This document shows positions 36,569 through 49,004 of a stretch of DNA of 64,000 bases, piece after piece. Origin of the DNA: Rhodosorus marinus CCMP1338 (lineage: Eukaryota; Plantae; Rhodophyta); NCBI GenBank assembly GCA_029953675.1, contig JAMWBK010000009.1:248001-312000 (forward strand), written 5' to 3'. A program made the position numbers and the translations under genes. Every line of letters starts with the position of its first letter. The stretch's first letter is position 1. A model generated the notes under the pieces. The model saw only the letters and a program-made list of their open reading frames with translations. It ran no database searches and was not told the origin of the DNA.

Positions 36569-39070
36569 TCAGGCCACCTGTTCAAGGAGAATCCTGTTAA
36601 TCAGGTCCTTCTTCTTTCCGGTGGTCTGGTATTCCCCGAAACGAAACGACGCACAAAAAGGTGAGTGGGATGCGGGCGTTGGTTTCGACTACTGGAAGTC
36701 CCTATCACGGAAAAGCTACTTACCTTCAGTCCCATTTCCGCCAAAACTTCCTTCAAACGAGGAACCGTCAAGCGCTTCAGAGATTCCTTGTTCTTCAGTT
36801 TCTCAACTTCAACCCCGGCAATTACTGGTAGATTGGATTTCTCCTTCTTCACCGTATCCACCTTCGGCTCCGGTGCTCTCTTAGCGAAGCCTGCAGGCTT
36901 CGTTCCCACGGTTCCCACGGTTTGGACGACGGAATCGATAATGCTCGACCGAGGTTTAACTGGTGCTCCGAGTGGGCTCCTTTTCTGTGCGCTGCTCGCA
37001 CGTACAACCTCCTGCAAACGAGAAGCTAGATTTCAGCTGAACATCTTTGGCTCAATCAAATACTAAATAGAAGCAATGGTTTCCGTCACGCTGTTCATCT
37101 TCCAGCGATTTGTGTGAAAATACCTTCTCTTCAACTATTTTCTGCTCTTGCTTGGTGGGTTTTGCTTCGGTTTCAAGTTTTTGGGCAACAACCTCAGTTT
37201 TTCCTTCGGGAACAGCGTCCTTCGCCTGCTTGATAGGTTGCGCCAGCTTTACCGGTTCAACCTTCTTCTCCTCTTTGACCTTCTGGGCCAGTTTCACTTC
37301 CTGCTTTACCGTCTCAGCCTTCTTCGCCTGGTGCACCTGTTGAGCTAGTTTCACTTCCTGCTTCACCGGCTCAGCTTTCTTCGCCTGCTGTACTGGTTGA
37401 GCTAGTTTCACTTCCTGCTTCACCGGCTCAGCTTTCTTCGCCTGCTGCACTGGTTGGGCTAGTTTCACTTCCTGCTGCACCGGTTGAGCTAGTTTCACTT
37501 CCTGCTTCACAGGCTCAGCTTTCTTCGCCTGCTGCACTGGTTGGGCTAGTTTCACTTCCTGCTGCACCGGTTGAGCTAGTTTCACTTCCTGCTTCACCGG
37601 CTCAGCTTTCTTCGCCTGGTGCACCGGTTGAGCTAGTTTCACTTCCTGCTTCACCGGCTCAGCCTTCTTAGCCTGCTGCACTGGTTGCGCTAGTTTCACT
37701 TCGTCCTTCACCTGCTCAGCCTTCTTCTCCTCTTTGACCTTCTGGGCCAGTTTCACTTCGTGCTTCACGGGCTCAGTCTTCTTGTCCTCCTTGACAGGTT
37801 GCGCCAATCTGACTTCCTGCTTCAAAGGCTCAGCTTTTTTCGCATCCTCAACTGGCTTAGCCAATTTTACTTCCTGCGTCAAAGGCTCAGCTTTTTTCGC
37901 CTCCTCAACTGGTTTAGCCAATTTTACTTCCTGCTTCACGGGCTCAGCTTTTTTCGCCTCCTCAACTGGCTTAGCCAATTTTACTTTCTGCATCACAGGC
38001 TCAGCCTTTTTCTCCTCCTCAACTGGTTTAGCCAATTTTACTTCCGGCTCCACGGGCTCAGCTTTTTTCGCCTCCTCAACTGGTTTAGCCAATTTTACTT
38101 CCTGCTTCACAGGTTCAGCTTTTTTCGCCTCCTCAACTGGTTTAGCCAATTTTACTTCCTGCTTCACAGGCTCAGCCTTCTTCTGGGCTTTGACCGGTTC
38201 AGCCTTCTTAGGCTCAGGTTTCTTTTCTTCGACAGGCATCGCCGTTTTCACCTCCTTCTTCTCATCCGTGATCAACTTTGGCGCTGCACGCTTTTCGCGT
38301 CCCGAACTGGTTTCAGACATAACTGGCTTGGCCACGGGGTTGGTGCTAACTCGGGCCTTAGACGCCGGTGGAGCTTTTGCCTCAACTTTCTTATCCCCAA
38401 CTGCGGGAGCTTTCTTAGAAGCCTTCTCCTTCAAATCGGGGATTGCAGCTGCCTTTGGAGCTGTCGCTGCAGCTCCTCTACGGCCCAGTGCTCTACCCAG
38501 CGGCTTTCTCTTATAATCATAGAAGGATGGGGGCTTCTCCACCTTTCGACTAGAGGTCCTGGGCTTTGGCGCCGTGGAAACTTGTTTCGAATGATAATCG
38601 TAAAAGCTTGGCGGCCTCTCCACAGTTCCTTGAGCGGCTTTCGGCTTTGAAGCTACGGACGTTGATTTCGCCATATATTCATTGACGCTAGCCGGCGTAG
38701 TCTCCAGCTCGTGATGCCCGATCCGTACTGAATCCGGCTCAAGGTCAAAAGAGATTCTCGCTTCTGCCGTTTCTTCTGCGTCGGGCTCAATCTTCAACTT
38801 CTCGAGATCATTGTGGTTCCTAGAAATCCACGACAGATGTGCTGTGCTTCTTCTTGGGACAGTCAGTGAGGTTGCGTTTCCATCTTTCTGGACTGTCTCC
38901 TGACCCAAATACTCCCCTGCGACCCGTTCGCCTTCCATTGTCAACATCGCCAAGTCCATATCAAACATCCTCCATCCATCTTTCATTACGATTCTCCTCC
39001 AGTCCCGGGTTACCGTTACAGCGGAATCCCGCCTGGAAAGAATCCCTCCTAAGCCCAGGAATCCGTACAT
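36569..39070 (-). CDS. Lys/Pro/Ala-rich repeat protein with C-terminal SAP domain; probable plastid transit peptide
   Basis: 672-codon first exon starting MYGFLGLGG, with 19-aa repeats. Spliced SAP motif LTVPRLKEVLAEMGLK|TTGKKKDLINRIL. Confidence 0.8.
37250..38215. repeat. Coding minisatellite, 57-bp unit with 30-bp deletion variants
   Basis: GCTAGTTTCAC recurs at 37344, 37401, 37458 (period 57) and then 37488 (30); the unit encodes KKAEPVKQEVKLA(Q/K)PV(QQ/EE)A. Confidence 0.95.
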
Positions 39071-41050
39071 CCTGAAAAATTCCGGTGCACCGAACTAGGA
39101 ACCCCTTAAAACACAAAAAACTACAAACCGCCTCTCAACGCGCCCCCTCCAACACGCCAATAACCAAGACTTTCACCTCCTTATAGAAACGAAATCGATG
39201 CTCCTCCCTCCTCATCTAATACCAAGCCAAAACAAGCCTCCCCCTCCAACATATGCAGCCTTCCCAATCCCCTCACCCAGTCCCACTACCCGCAGACTCT
39301 CCTTCAAAACACATCACAAGAGCACTCTCTCCATTCATTCCCACGAGATCCAAATCCCAATATCCGTTCTGTCCCCCAAAATGAGAAAATCTGAATCTTC
39401 GAAAAAGCCACCCTACCCCTCAAGAACAATTCAAGAAGACTTCAACAACCAAAACCTACCCCCACCCTCTTAGCCAATACATCACCGACATACTCATGTT
39501 AAAATAAATCCTCTCATAAATCTTACTATTCATTAAATTACACTTCACGTACTTCCCGTAAGGGGTAGTATAAATATCGCACGAATGGCGGTTTAAATAA
39601 ACCCCTAAGATGAAAATATACATATGTTTTACCGATTCCGAGGGCATATTTCACGATCCAAAATTTTTTGACCCCCCGACGGCCATTTTTCGCGTTTTTT
39701 TCCTTTTTTGTAATTCATCATGTCCCCCGTATTTATTTTGATTTTTCATTGCAAGTTTTTGCTTTTCAAATGTTCCATCCAGATGAAACGCGAAACCCAA
39801 TCCTCCGTCTCGTCCTCTTTTTTTTCATTTCTTTTACCGGGCCAAAGATGGGAAAGATTTCCTCTAAAAAACAAAATAATTTTTTGATGTATTGTATCTA
39901 ACGAATAGGATTCGTAAATTACTCCCAGATTTCTAGTTTTGCTAGTTGCCACCCTCACACCCCGTTAGATATCTTGTCAAGATAAACTCGAAAAAGTCGA
40001 AAATATGCTCAAGAGAACTAAAGTATTGAAAACGTATGCGAATCGTAAGGGGGGGCAGAGTACCTTCTTGACCTCCTTTCGAAAACTTAAATAGGCGGAA
40101 ATCCCGTGCCTTTTCGCAAGAAAAACAAACACAAAACAAATAAACAAATCAAATCAAAAAAGAAGGAAAAGGCGCTTCAGCGCGCCGTTCTATCCTCCGC
40201 CAATGGAACTTCACAATCTCAATTTTTTCTTCCTAAATCCAGGCATCGAAAACCCTATTCGAAAACAATGGATTTGCAAATCGAGATGAGATTTGTGGGA
40301 CAGCCTGTCCAATAATTCGAGTCTCTGGACAGCTTGTCCAACGAAGTCTTAGAATTGTCCCGACCTGACATGACACTTGACAAAACGTGTCAAGAACTCT
40401 TCGGGGAGGTTCTCGCACGAAGCTGAGTCTATGGACAGCTTGTCGAATATCTTTTTTTTTTTTTTTCTTGCTGTCGTTAACTTTACGTTTTTATAGCTGG
40501 CCAATTTTGTTTGTGGGCTAATAAGCAACGGGGGAGGATTTTTGTTCCCCTTTTGGGGCAGAGTTTCTTTATTTAGCATTTTAGGGTTTTGGATACTGGG
40601 TTCGAAATTTTGTTTTAGGATGTTTCCTTCTTGCGCGAACAAAGATCGTTTGACTAAAGAAGTTTTGAGCTAGTCGCTCCAGAAGAAGGTACGTCTCAGC
40701 CCAAAACAAGGGAGCCGTGCTTTTTTTGAATTACCTTGCTGGTTAGGAAGGGAGGCGGTACTGCTCCTTGAGCTTTGGTAATGAGCTGATGACCTAAAAG
40801 TCATATGGGATTCAGTGTCGGCGTGATGGCGTCTGGTCAACAGAAACTTCTATCTGCAGGGATTGGGACAGGGTCTTGTGAGCTGTATCCGCTATTTTGA
40901 GTCGTGCACCTTATTGTAGCCCGAATTCTCCCCCCCGTGGAGAATAATTTGGTTCACTTGTTCACTAGCCGTAATATCGCCGGTTTTCGCTGCCCCTGGA
41001 AGTGCACATTCACAAACGTGTACTCATAGCCAGCTAGAATCTCTGTGCTT

Positions 41051-41873
41051 TTAGATCTTGTTCAGCCAGTCTGCTGGAATTCTCGATAGGAACGAAAACA
41101 AGCGTTTAACCACTGGCGCCGCCGACTTGCCTGGTTTCAAAAACTCTGTGTGTACTTCGATGTTACACATTCCCAACTCGTCCTCTACATGATAAGACAT
41201 CTACCAGGAAAAGAAGGTTCGGAAAGAAGCGAATCGTTAGTAGCGTGAACATGCACAGTCACAGAACAGAAGTCAGCGCAACCCAGTCAGGTCGCTATCC
41301 TACTCCTCTTGAAAGTTGTAGCTCTTTCCCATTCCTGTCAGTGACGTAGAAGACGGCCGCCGCGTCACCTTCCCTTCCATCCGTGAGATCCGTGAGGACT
41401 ACCTGGGCCCCTTCGGGATAAGCATTGGACAAATTCTCATAGTATTCTCGAACATTGTCTAGTCCTCGCGTCGAGCTGCTGAATCTGTAGTCTCGAATAA
41501 CTACATATTCTGCTAGCAACTATGCAGAAGCCAGAAAACAGTGTGCAAGAACCAGGACTCAGACTCCAAAGTCAAGCGCAAGAGCCTGCCACCGAGCAGC
41601 CGGATCGAGACGTTCGTGGATGCGAGAACCCAGAGGAAGCGACCTGCCACATACCGATAGCATAGAGTCGAAGTCCCGTCTATTAAAGAAATCGTAAAAG
41701 GCTCTCACCCTTTCGGGTAAGCCCTCCGAAGCTCGCACCAGATCTCCGGTTGGTTCTGAGCACAGTGTTGTTGACTGCCTGTGCACGAAGCCAGGCCCAC
41801 GGTGCCTCGGACACATTAACGAGGTACTCGAACCCTGAGCATGAGGAAAGCAGGTTGGTACAAATCCTGCCAT
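41051..41873 (-). CDS. SnoaL-like/NTF2-fold protein, plastid-type transit peptide (copy 2)
   Basis: MAGFV start; VRAFYDFFNRRDFDSML, SRG|MSYHV and EFLKPG motifs; spliced to TAA at 41051. Confidence 0.75.
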
Positions 41874-42392
41874 TGCCTCTTAAAACACGTTTTCTCACAG
41901 TTTCAGAGCAGACATCTTTCAAGTTTACTTTCCCATAGTGCCGCTGCTATGAGTGTTTTTGTCCCGCTTCGGGGGTCCCCTCTGTTCCATTTGAAAGCAT
42001 CAATTTCTGGGCGCCTTGTGAAGCCAAAAGGGAGGCAGAGATTGTCGAGAAGACGATGAAGCTCATCTTCTGCACGATGAAATACGGATTCCACTGATAA
42101 CCATCAGAGAAAGTCGCAAAAAACGCGATTGTGATCCAAAGCGGCGCACTAGCTGCGCAGAATCATTTATATATAACTATCCTCCCCCAAGGCAACCTCG
42201 TTCAAAGTACTGATGGTCGATGACGCCCATCAGCTTCAGCATGTGGAATAAGATAGCTTCTAGCAGACTACGCTTCGCCTCTCGATCGCAATGATTCGTT
42301 GAAGTATCGTCATCGGCTTGCCGATGTTTGTATCCTTTTTCGATTCCGGGGAATGCTAATTGTAACTACAGGGCTAAGGTTCCCTTTCTCGT

Positions 42393-43188
42393 TCACTGCT
42401 TGAGGAAAGGTCCGACCGCCTTATAAAATAAAGGAATGCCATTTCCGGTCTTAAAGACAGGCTCGACGACCGTGTATTCAGAAGCGATGAGCCCGTCTTC
42501 TGACGCAGTCCAGAAGCTCATCTTCAGGTTGGAAGGTGGGGGGCAAGGAACACATCGACGTGAGTCTGTTGTATGTCGGGGAGGGAGGTTCTCGCTCTTG
42601 AGTAGATGAAAGAATTGAATATCCTTACCCCGTTTGCGTTTGGAATTCGCCCGCCATTGCTCTCCACGTGCCATCTCGCGGCAACTCTTGTGTCTCCATC
42701 TGTTAATGAGTCCAGTACGAAACGGAAGCTGTCCGGGAAAAGGTTTTTCGACTCTGTCAATAGCTCTCGTGCTCCTTCGATGCCGACAAACGGTTCCTCG
42801 AAGAACGTGTCCGTTATGACGACATCAGGAGCGAAATACTACTCAATTGGGATGGTCAACATCAATCGGGAGTCAGCAACTCAAATCTTTTGCTCGCTTC
42901 AAGAACGGAGAAACGCCCTTGTTAAGCGGTTACCTGAATACATTCGTCGAGATCTCTCGCAGACCAGGACGCGAAGTACTTCGAAACAGTTTCTGCCAGT
43001 CTACCGCGCGGCTTTAATCCTGGGGATGGATTTTGCTCGTCCTCGGAACCCTCTCCTGACTCTGAGCACTTCAGAGCAATTGCCCGCGTGTGTTTTGGCA
43101 CATTGAACTGCTCGGCTAATCTCGGGCAGCTTGAGCTTCGACCCTTACATTGATCAACAAAAACCAATTTCGCAGACAGGAATGCCAT
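42393..43188 (-). CDS. SnoaL-like/NTF2-fold protein, plastid-type transit peptide (copy 1)
   Basis: MAFLS start; VSKYFASWSARDLDECI, VAARWHVESNG and VVEPVFKTG motifs. Confidence 0.75.
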
Positions 43189-44448
43189 CGGGCTCAAAGA
43201 CAAGCCCCCTACCGGTTCAGCAAATACAGACTCGCGAGTCAGAGTACGAGCAACACGAACAGATGTTCTGTCCCCGACGATAAGGAAACCTATCGACGAA
43301 ACCCTCGTACGCCTTCCCAAGCAGAACGCATCAGCATTCCAGTGGACTGGGCAGTCTCGCCTCGATGGTATTTTAAAGAGAATCTGGTAAAGCTCGAAGA
43401 TGGAGGGAGCTGACTTGGCAGGTCTGATGACCACTCTCGAGTCCGTGTTGGATCTTTGGCCGAGAAGCGTCTGAGGGGTCCTGGTCAAAGCTGATCGTCC
43501 GCGGATATCGAAATTCAGGTAGAGTCTCAGAACCCACGCCGTGCTGAAGCACTATCAAGACCGTAGGTGCACCTAGCCTGCTGCTCAGTTGTGCATAGAT
43601 TCTGTACCAGACTTATCCATTTCGTTTCTACTGAACGGGAAAGAATCGGGCTGACTAGAACTTGCTCTTCCAACAAGCTTGCACCTCATCATGCCAAGCC
43701 CTGAAGACGCCAACATACGCAAAAGAACGGGTGGGTGCGGGGGGCGGGCGACAAACAGATATAAGCAATTCGTCCTCTCTTGGTCTCTACTTTTCTAACA
43801 TCATCATGTGAGTGTATGGCTCTCCTCTCCTACTCCGCAATACAGAGCTTGGGTCAGGTCATGGTGTCCCTTCCTAAGCTCGGCATAAACACGACAGCCT
43901 GTCCAATACAATAAATAAAAACGTTATTTTTCTAAATACGCATGTCCATTGGTTCAAAATATTAAATTAAATTAAAAAATATTTCATTTGCACTCGTTCA
44001 TTGGTTGTACGGGACAAGTGACGAATCTTCATTGGATAATATTTTGATGTATTAATTTTTTATGTTATCAGAATTGGCCCATGGATAGATGGATATTTTT
44101 TGTTTTTTTCCTGGTGGCAAGGCCAATGCTTCGCGGTCGTGGTTGATCGGGTTTTTTGGAACAAAAATCTCCCGTCGGGAGGATGGCGAGGCCTTTGTGT
44201 CATTGGGAAACGGTTGGGAAGAAAGGTCTGGACGCTGGTTGGACGGGAAGTTGTGGGTATTTAGTAGAAAGGTCAAGAGTACCGCTTCTTTTTTTTTTTG
44301 GTGGCTTATTGGAGACGACGGCCTTATTGTTTCATCCGTCGGTACGTCGAATTTTTTTTGTTTTGGTTTTGTTTCGGGACGGGTAGGGTCGAGGCTGAGG
44401 AGCAATCGTTCGGATCGTGAACTTTGTTTTGCCTTGGAGTGGTGAGCT

Positions 44449-44948
44449 ATGTCGCTGGGAGGGGAGCCCGCGGAGCCTGAGTTCTACTTTGAAGCAGGCC
44501 CCATTGTGAGTTATATTTCAGTCATATTTTTGAGGAGGTTTCTGCCGGTTTTGTTGATGGAATTGAGTTTATGTGTAGAGGAAGTATCGCATCCTCTAGG
44601 CATTGTGCTCTTGCGCATGATGCATGTTGACGAGATTGAGCTAACGGTTCTCTCTTGATTTCCGTTTCTTAGCCATTTCGGACCTTTGATATCATGCCAC
44701 GGGCGCGACGAGATCGCGGCGGGTATCAACTGAGCACCTGGTGGAATCTGGAGGACAAGGATGGTAACTTCTTTGAGGTTAAGAAGAGACGAGGGAGAAT
44801 GAACGTCCCTACTCTTCGTATTCTTCAACCCAACACTAATGGAGTAATATGGAAAAAGCTTGCAGATGGAGATTTCTGCTTTGAGACTTACGGAGACCTC
44901 ATAAATATGGGCAAAAGGCAGAGTGAGGAGGACAATAGGAAAAACTAG
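44449..44948 (+). CDS. Hypothetical protein (2 exons inferred)
   Basis: In-phase ATT|GTGAGT...CTTAG|CCA joins MSLGGEPAEPEFYFEAGPI to PFRTFDIMPR...STWWNLEDKDG...; G/T-rich leader upstream. Confidence 0.4.
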
Positions 44949-45112
44949 GAGCTTACTGTCACTAACCACCAAGCTCTGCGAAAACCCACAACTGGAAGGG
45001 TAATGCCCTGCCATATCGGGACAGGTCAATGATGGAACGACCTCATATATTAATCGTAACTACAATCATGCGAATAAACATATCCATCACCACGAACACC
45101 CCCTAATTCGAT

Positions 45113-46624
45113 CTACTCCGTCTTCTCTGCCTTTGCCCGTACCTTCTCCGCGGCGAGCTTGGCTTGCTTCTTCTGGTGCTTGTGAACCGTTTCCCAAATA
45201 ATTCCAGTGAAGACGAGAACAACCGCCGATACTTGTCTCATATTGAGACTGTGTTTAAAGAAGACCAGGGAAACGAGGAGAGTAAAGAATTTTCTTGTCG
45301 TGGTTATAGTCGTACAAGTCAGAGCGCTCAAGTTTCGAACCTGGACATTGCAAGCGAATTGACACAATTAGCAACCATTCGCCGCGCAAAGCCGTAAACT
45401 ATGTTTCCGTTATAGCCCTTACCGTATAGAATATAAAGTTTTGGCCAACTGCGCTGGCCAGACAGAAGAAAAATCCATCCTTAAGGGCTTCGGGATGCTT
45501 GTAGAAGAACTGCGTACCAGCAACACCCTGTCCAGATGCGGCCGATGCTGCGAAAAGCCATGCGGCGGCCCAGAAATTTTGCCAAAACATCATCTGGTGG
45601 CTGGTAGGGTTGCTCGCACCCACAATTCTCTCCTGTGCGTTTCGGATTCCAGGAAATACCTGAGCTATTCCTTCATAAAAACCCTAAGGCATATGAGTTT
45701 GGCGAGGTAGCATACCTGAAACGGGCCGGTGAAACCATCACAAATAAGAGATGCCGCAAGGAGCAGATAACCAATCAAGCTCGTTTCACCTGTTTGTGCG
45801 GCTTTGGGTTTGTAGGAGAAGATGGCCACTCCAGCCGTAATCATCAGGACGCACATTGTCTCTTTCCATGAGTACCGTCGCTTCGAGACAAAGACGCCCA
45901 TAACCATTACGGGAATCATTTTGCAACTCTTAACTAGAACCTATTGAAATGAACGCGGGGGATCAATGTCGTACCAATTTCGCTGTCCAAGCTGATGAAG
46001 CCAAGGCTCTTCACGGCTATCCATCCTCAGAGCTGTGAAGCTAGTCCAGCTTGCAACCGCTGTGCAACCGCTGTTGACTCTAAACTCACCTGCATCGGAT
46101 AACTTATGTAGTGCAGGGCGGAGAACGAGCAGACCATCGCTCCCAGGTAACTCAATGATACAAGAGCATAACTTGAATGTGGCGTTGTATCTCGCTTCTC
46201 TTGCGGAAATATTCGGAGAACAATTCCCGCCGCAGTCATATTGAAAATACACTGCATAAAGACGAGAAATGTGCTATACGAAAACTTTTCTCCTCCATAC
46301 TCAACTTTGAACCTGGACGAGATTCGTAGAGAAACAAGCAGACCCTCAGCGACGGAATCAGTGAAACGGAGCCCTCATCACAGCTCTGTATTTGACGATC
46401 CGTAACTCTCAAAACATGAAGGACGGCAAGCTTTTCTGAGAAACGTACATCTTCTCGTGCAGGAAGCCATAATACAGATAACACGTGTATATGGACACAG
46501 CACAGATTACCCCTTGTATTTCAGAAGTTCTCAACCAGCGCGTGAAGAAGTTCGCTTTTCCACCATTAGTTCCAGTCGGACCCTGAGCGGCACTTGTCCG
46601 ATCTTCCGTTTCTCCAACGCTCAT
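45113..46624 (-). CDS. SLC35B1: UDP-galactose/nucleotide-sugar transporter, SLC35B1/HUT1 family
   Basis: YLYYGFLHEK, SALHYISYPMQ, KMIPVMVMG, CDGFTG, GQNFIF and TTITTTRKFFTLLVS across exons. Confidence 0.9.
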
Positions 46625-47625
46625 CTTTTCTGCAATCCAGAGACACACACTGCCCCCGGCGACACTCAAAACAGTTCCTAACCAAGAATAACCTTTGAAA
46701 ATACTTTAAAGCAGTCCTAATGGGTAGCTTACGTACTCCGTGTTCTTAACAAACTCTGACGGTCAGCTCACCCTCCCCCCTTCCCCCGAGGACCATTCCG
46801 TTGCTTTATGCTTCGCTCGGTTGTCCATACAGACTATTCTAACCGTCAGCAACATGTACGAAAAACTAACGCAATAATCCCCCCTTCCCTTCGACGCAGC
46901 TTATAATGCATTATTATTGGACAAACACAAGTGTAAGTATAAAATATTGATTGATGTATATATTTCTTCCAAAATAGCCCTTAGGTTCGATCTGACAGAC
47001 GCGATAATGAAGGCTTTTCTTGATTCAATCAATAATACTCTTATGATGACTGATTAGTATTTTGACGACTGTTGGTTGGATAGCTTCCGACTGAGGAGTG
47101 GGTTCCTTGGGGGAGGAGGGGAATTATCTCACGCTTGATGACATAGTTTTATCTTTTCTAAATATAGATAGGTGAGTATTCATTATTAAGTAGAATATTC
47201 AAGGTTTTATCCTATATTTGTGTAGATATTTCTTTATATTTGCGATATTATATCTTGATTAAGAACGCGGTTCTCGACAGTGACCTCCAAATTGCTATTG
47301 CCATTTCTGTCCGAAAATTGGGTCAACCCAAATGTGTCGATAATGCCTTAAGCAGGGCCATCAGTGAGTGATGGTTTCGACCTGCCGCGTGGCAATGGAT
47401 ATTTCGAAACGGATCCTCCGTCTACTTAGGCATTGACACGATGTAAATTTTGCAAGCCTCTGTACATGGAGCTATCATTTTCATGTTCAGCATCCCAAGT
47501 AGGGGTTTTCAAGTCCGGTTCCCTCCACAAGGTCGGTATGAATCCCCGCGATTCGTATAATTGTTGCCTAAGATGCATCTTTTAAGAGATTTTCTCATTT
47601 CTCGTTCCTCTTTCGGCGTGGTTGC

Positions 47626-48341
47626 ATGATCGAATCTGGTGGCACCGCCAAGTTCTCCGGAATCGGTTTCCTTGAAGGACAGCCGCTTCCTCCTGTCAAG
47701 CCATGGACGTCGACTTCGGACGTGCATGAAAGCGCCCCCTCATGCCAGGAGATTTGTCTACGCGAGAGGTATTCAAGGGTTCGTCCCTGGGGTAGGCTCT
47801 GGGCTTTGATGAAAATGAACAGGGCCCAACGGCCCGCCGGGGCTTTCTGGGTATGTAATCTCAGAGACTCGACTCGGAACCGGGTTTTGGCTTCTGGAAG
47901 CTCTGCTCCAGAAGAGATCGGCTTCAGCGGCCATTGTCTATTTGCTTGCCGACAACCATAACACTTTAGAGTCCATGTCACGCTCAGACACCCTAGTCAA
48001 TCATATCTAGCTTCCTGCACACTGGTAGGATTGCTCGCTTATCCGTGTAAGACATCAAGCTCTTCCGCGACCATCGATTACAGGAGAACCCGACTATGCG
48101 TATGGTCGTTTCTGTGGGGATCATGTGGCCTTCAGCACAGTAGTATTATGATACTTTCCTTGAGTCAACAATGAGCTCGGAGCTCTCCTTGCTTTTGCTT
48201 TCACAGGCAGCCTCAGCCTTCCAACTATACCACAGGCGATTGTACGGAACTGCCAGTCCAGAGTTCTGGAGCTTGTGCCAGTTTCTAACTGCAGCTAATA
48301 GTCCTGGAGGTCCCGGATGGAGAGTTCCGGTCGATGATTAG
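47626..48341 (+). CDS. Possible hypothetical gene convergent with MOCS2B
   Basis: ORF 47626-47961 and a frame ending ...[26 protein letters not shown] at 48341. No family recognised. Confidence 0.2.
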
Positions 48342-49004
48342 GAAGCTGTCTTCACATTGAACTCCCCGTTGGCCTTCCAATTCGACCCGTCTTCGTAAAT
48401 TTCCTTCTTCCAGATTGGAACCCTAGCCTTCAACTCATCGATCGCGAAGTGACACGCCTCTGCAATTGGTGGTCGACTATGTTAGGGAGCACTGTTCTAT
48501 GGGATCGGTTGTGGGATGTAACGCTCACCAATTGCCTCTCTTCTGTGCGCTGATGATACAGCTATAATCACGCTGGCCTCCTCAACGGGGACTGCTCCGA
48601 GACGATGAAACACGGCCATCTTTTTGATGTCCCATCTCGCTCTTACCTAAAGGACAGGGATGGCATATCTCTATGTTACCCAGTCGCGTTGTCAAAAGAC
48701 AAGTAGGAGATGAGCGCTTTCCCGCGATACCTTATCGCACAGTTTTTGCATTTCCTTCAAAGCCATTTCCTCGTATGCTTCATACTCCAGCCTAACAACT
48801 GTCTTTCCTTCAAAGGTATCGCGCGTAGTGCCCACAAAAGTCGAGATCCCCCCCTGTTCACGAAAAGTTCCGTCAGCTTCGATATGCACTGTGTGCATCG
48901 CTCAAAGATGTGAGTATTACCGCAGATGAAGTGACTACAGCTTGATAAGCCTCATCAACGCTCAGCAAAGCATTGCTGAGCTTCAAAACATCATCATCAG
49001 ACAT
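48338..49004 (-). CDS. MOCS2: Molybdopterin synthase catalytic subunit (MoaE/MOCS2B)
   Basis: [35 protein letters not shown] and [14 protein letters not shown] over 4 exons. Confidence 0.93.

Noticed and set aside
37110-38650. Long plus-strand ORFs (37734-38516, 37760-38650)
   Set aside because: Antisense shadows of the stop-poor coding minisatellite.
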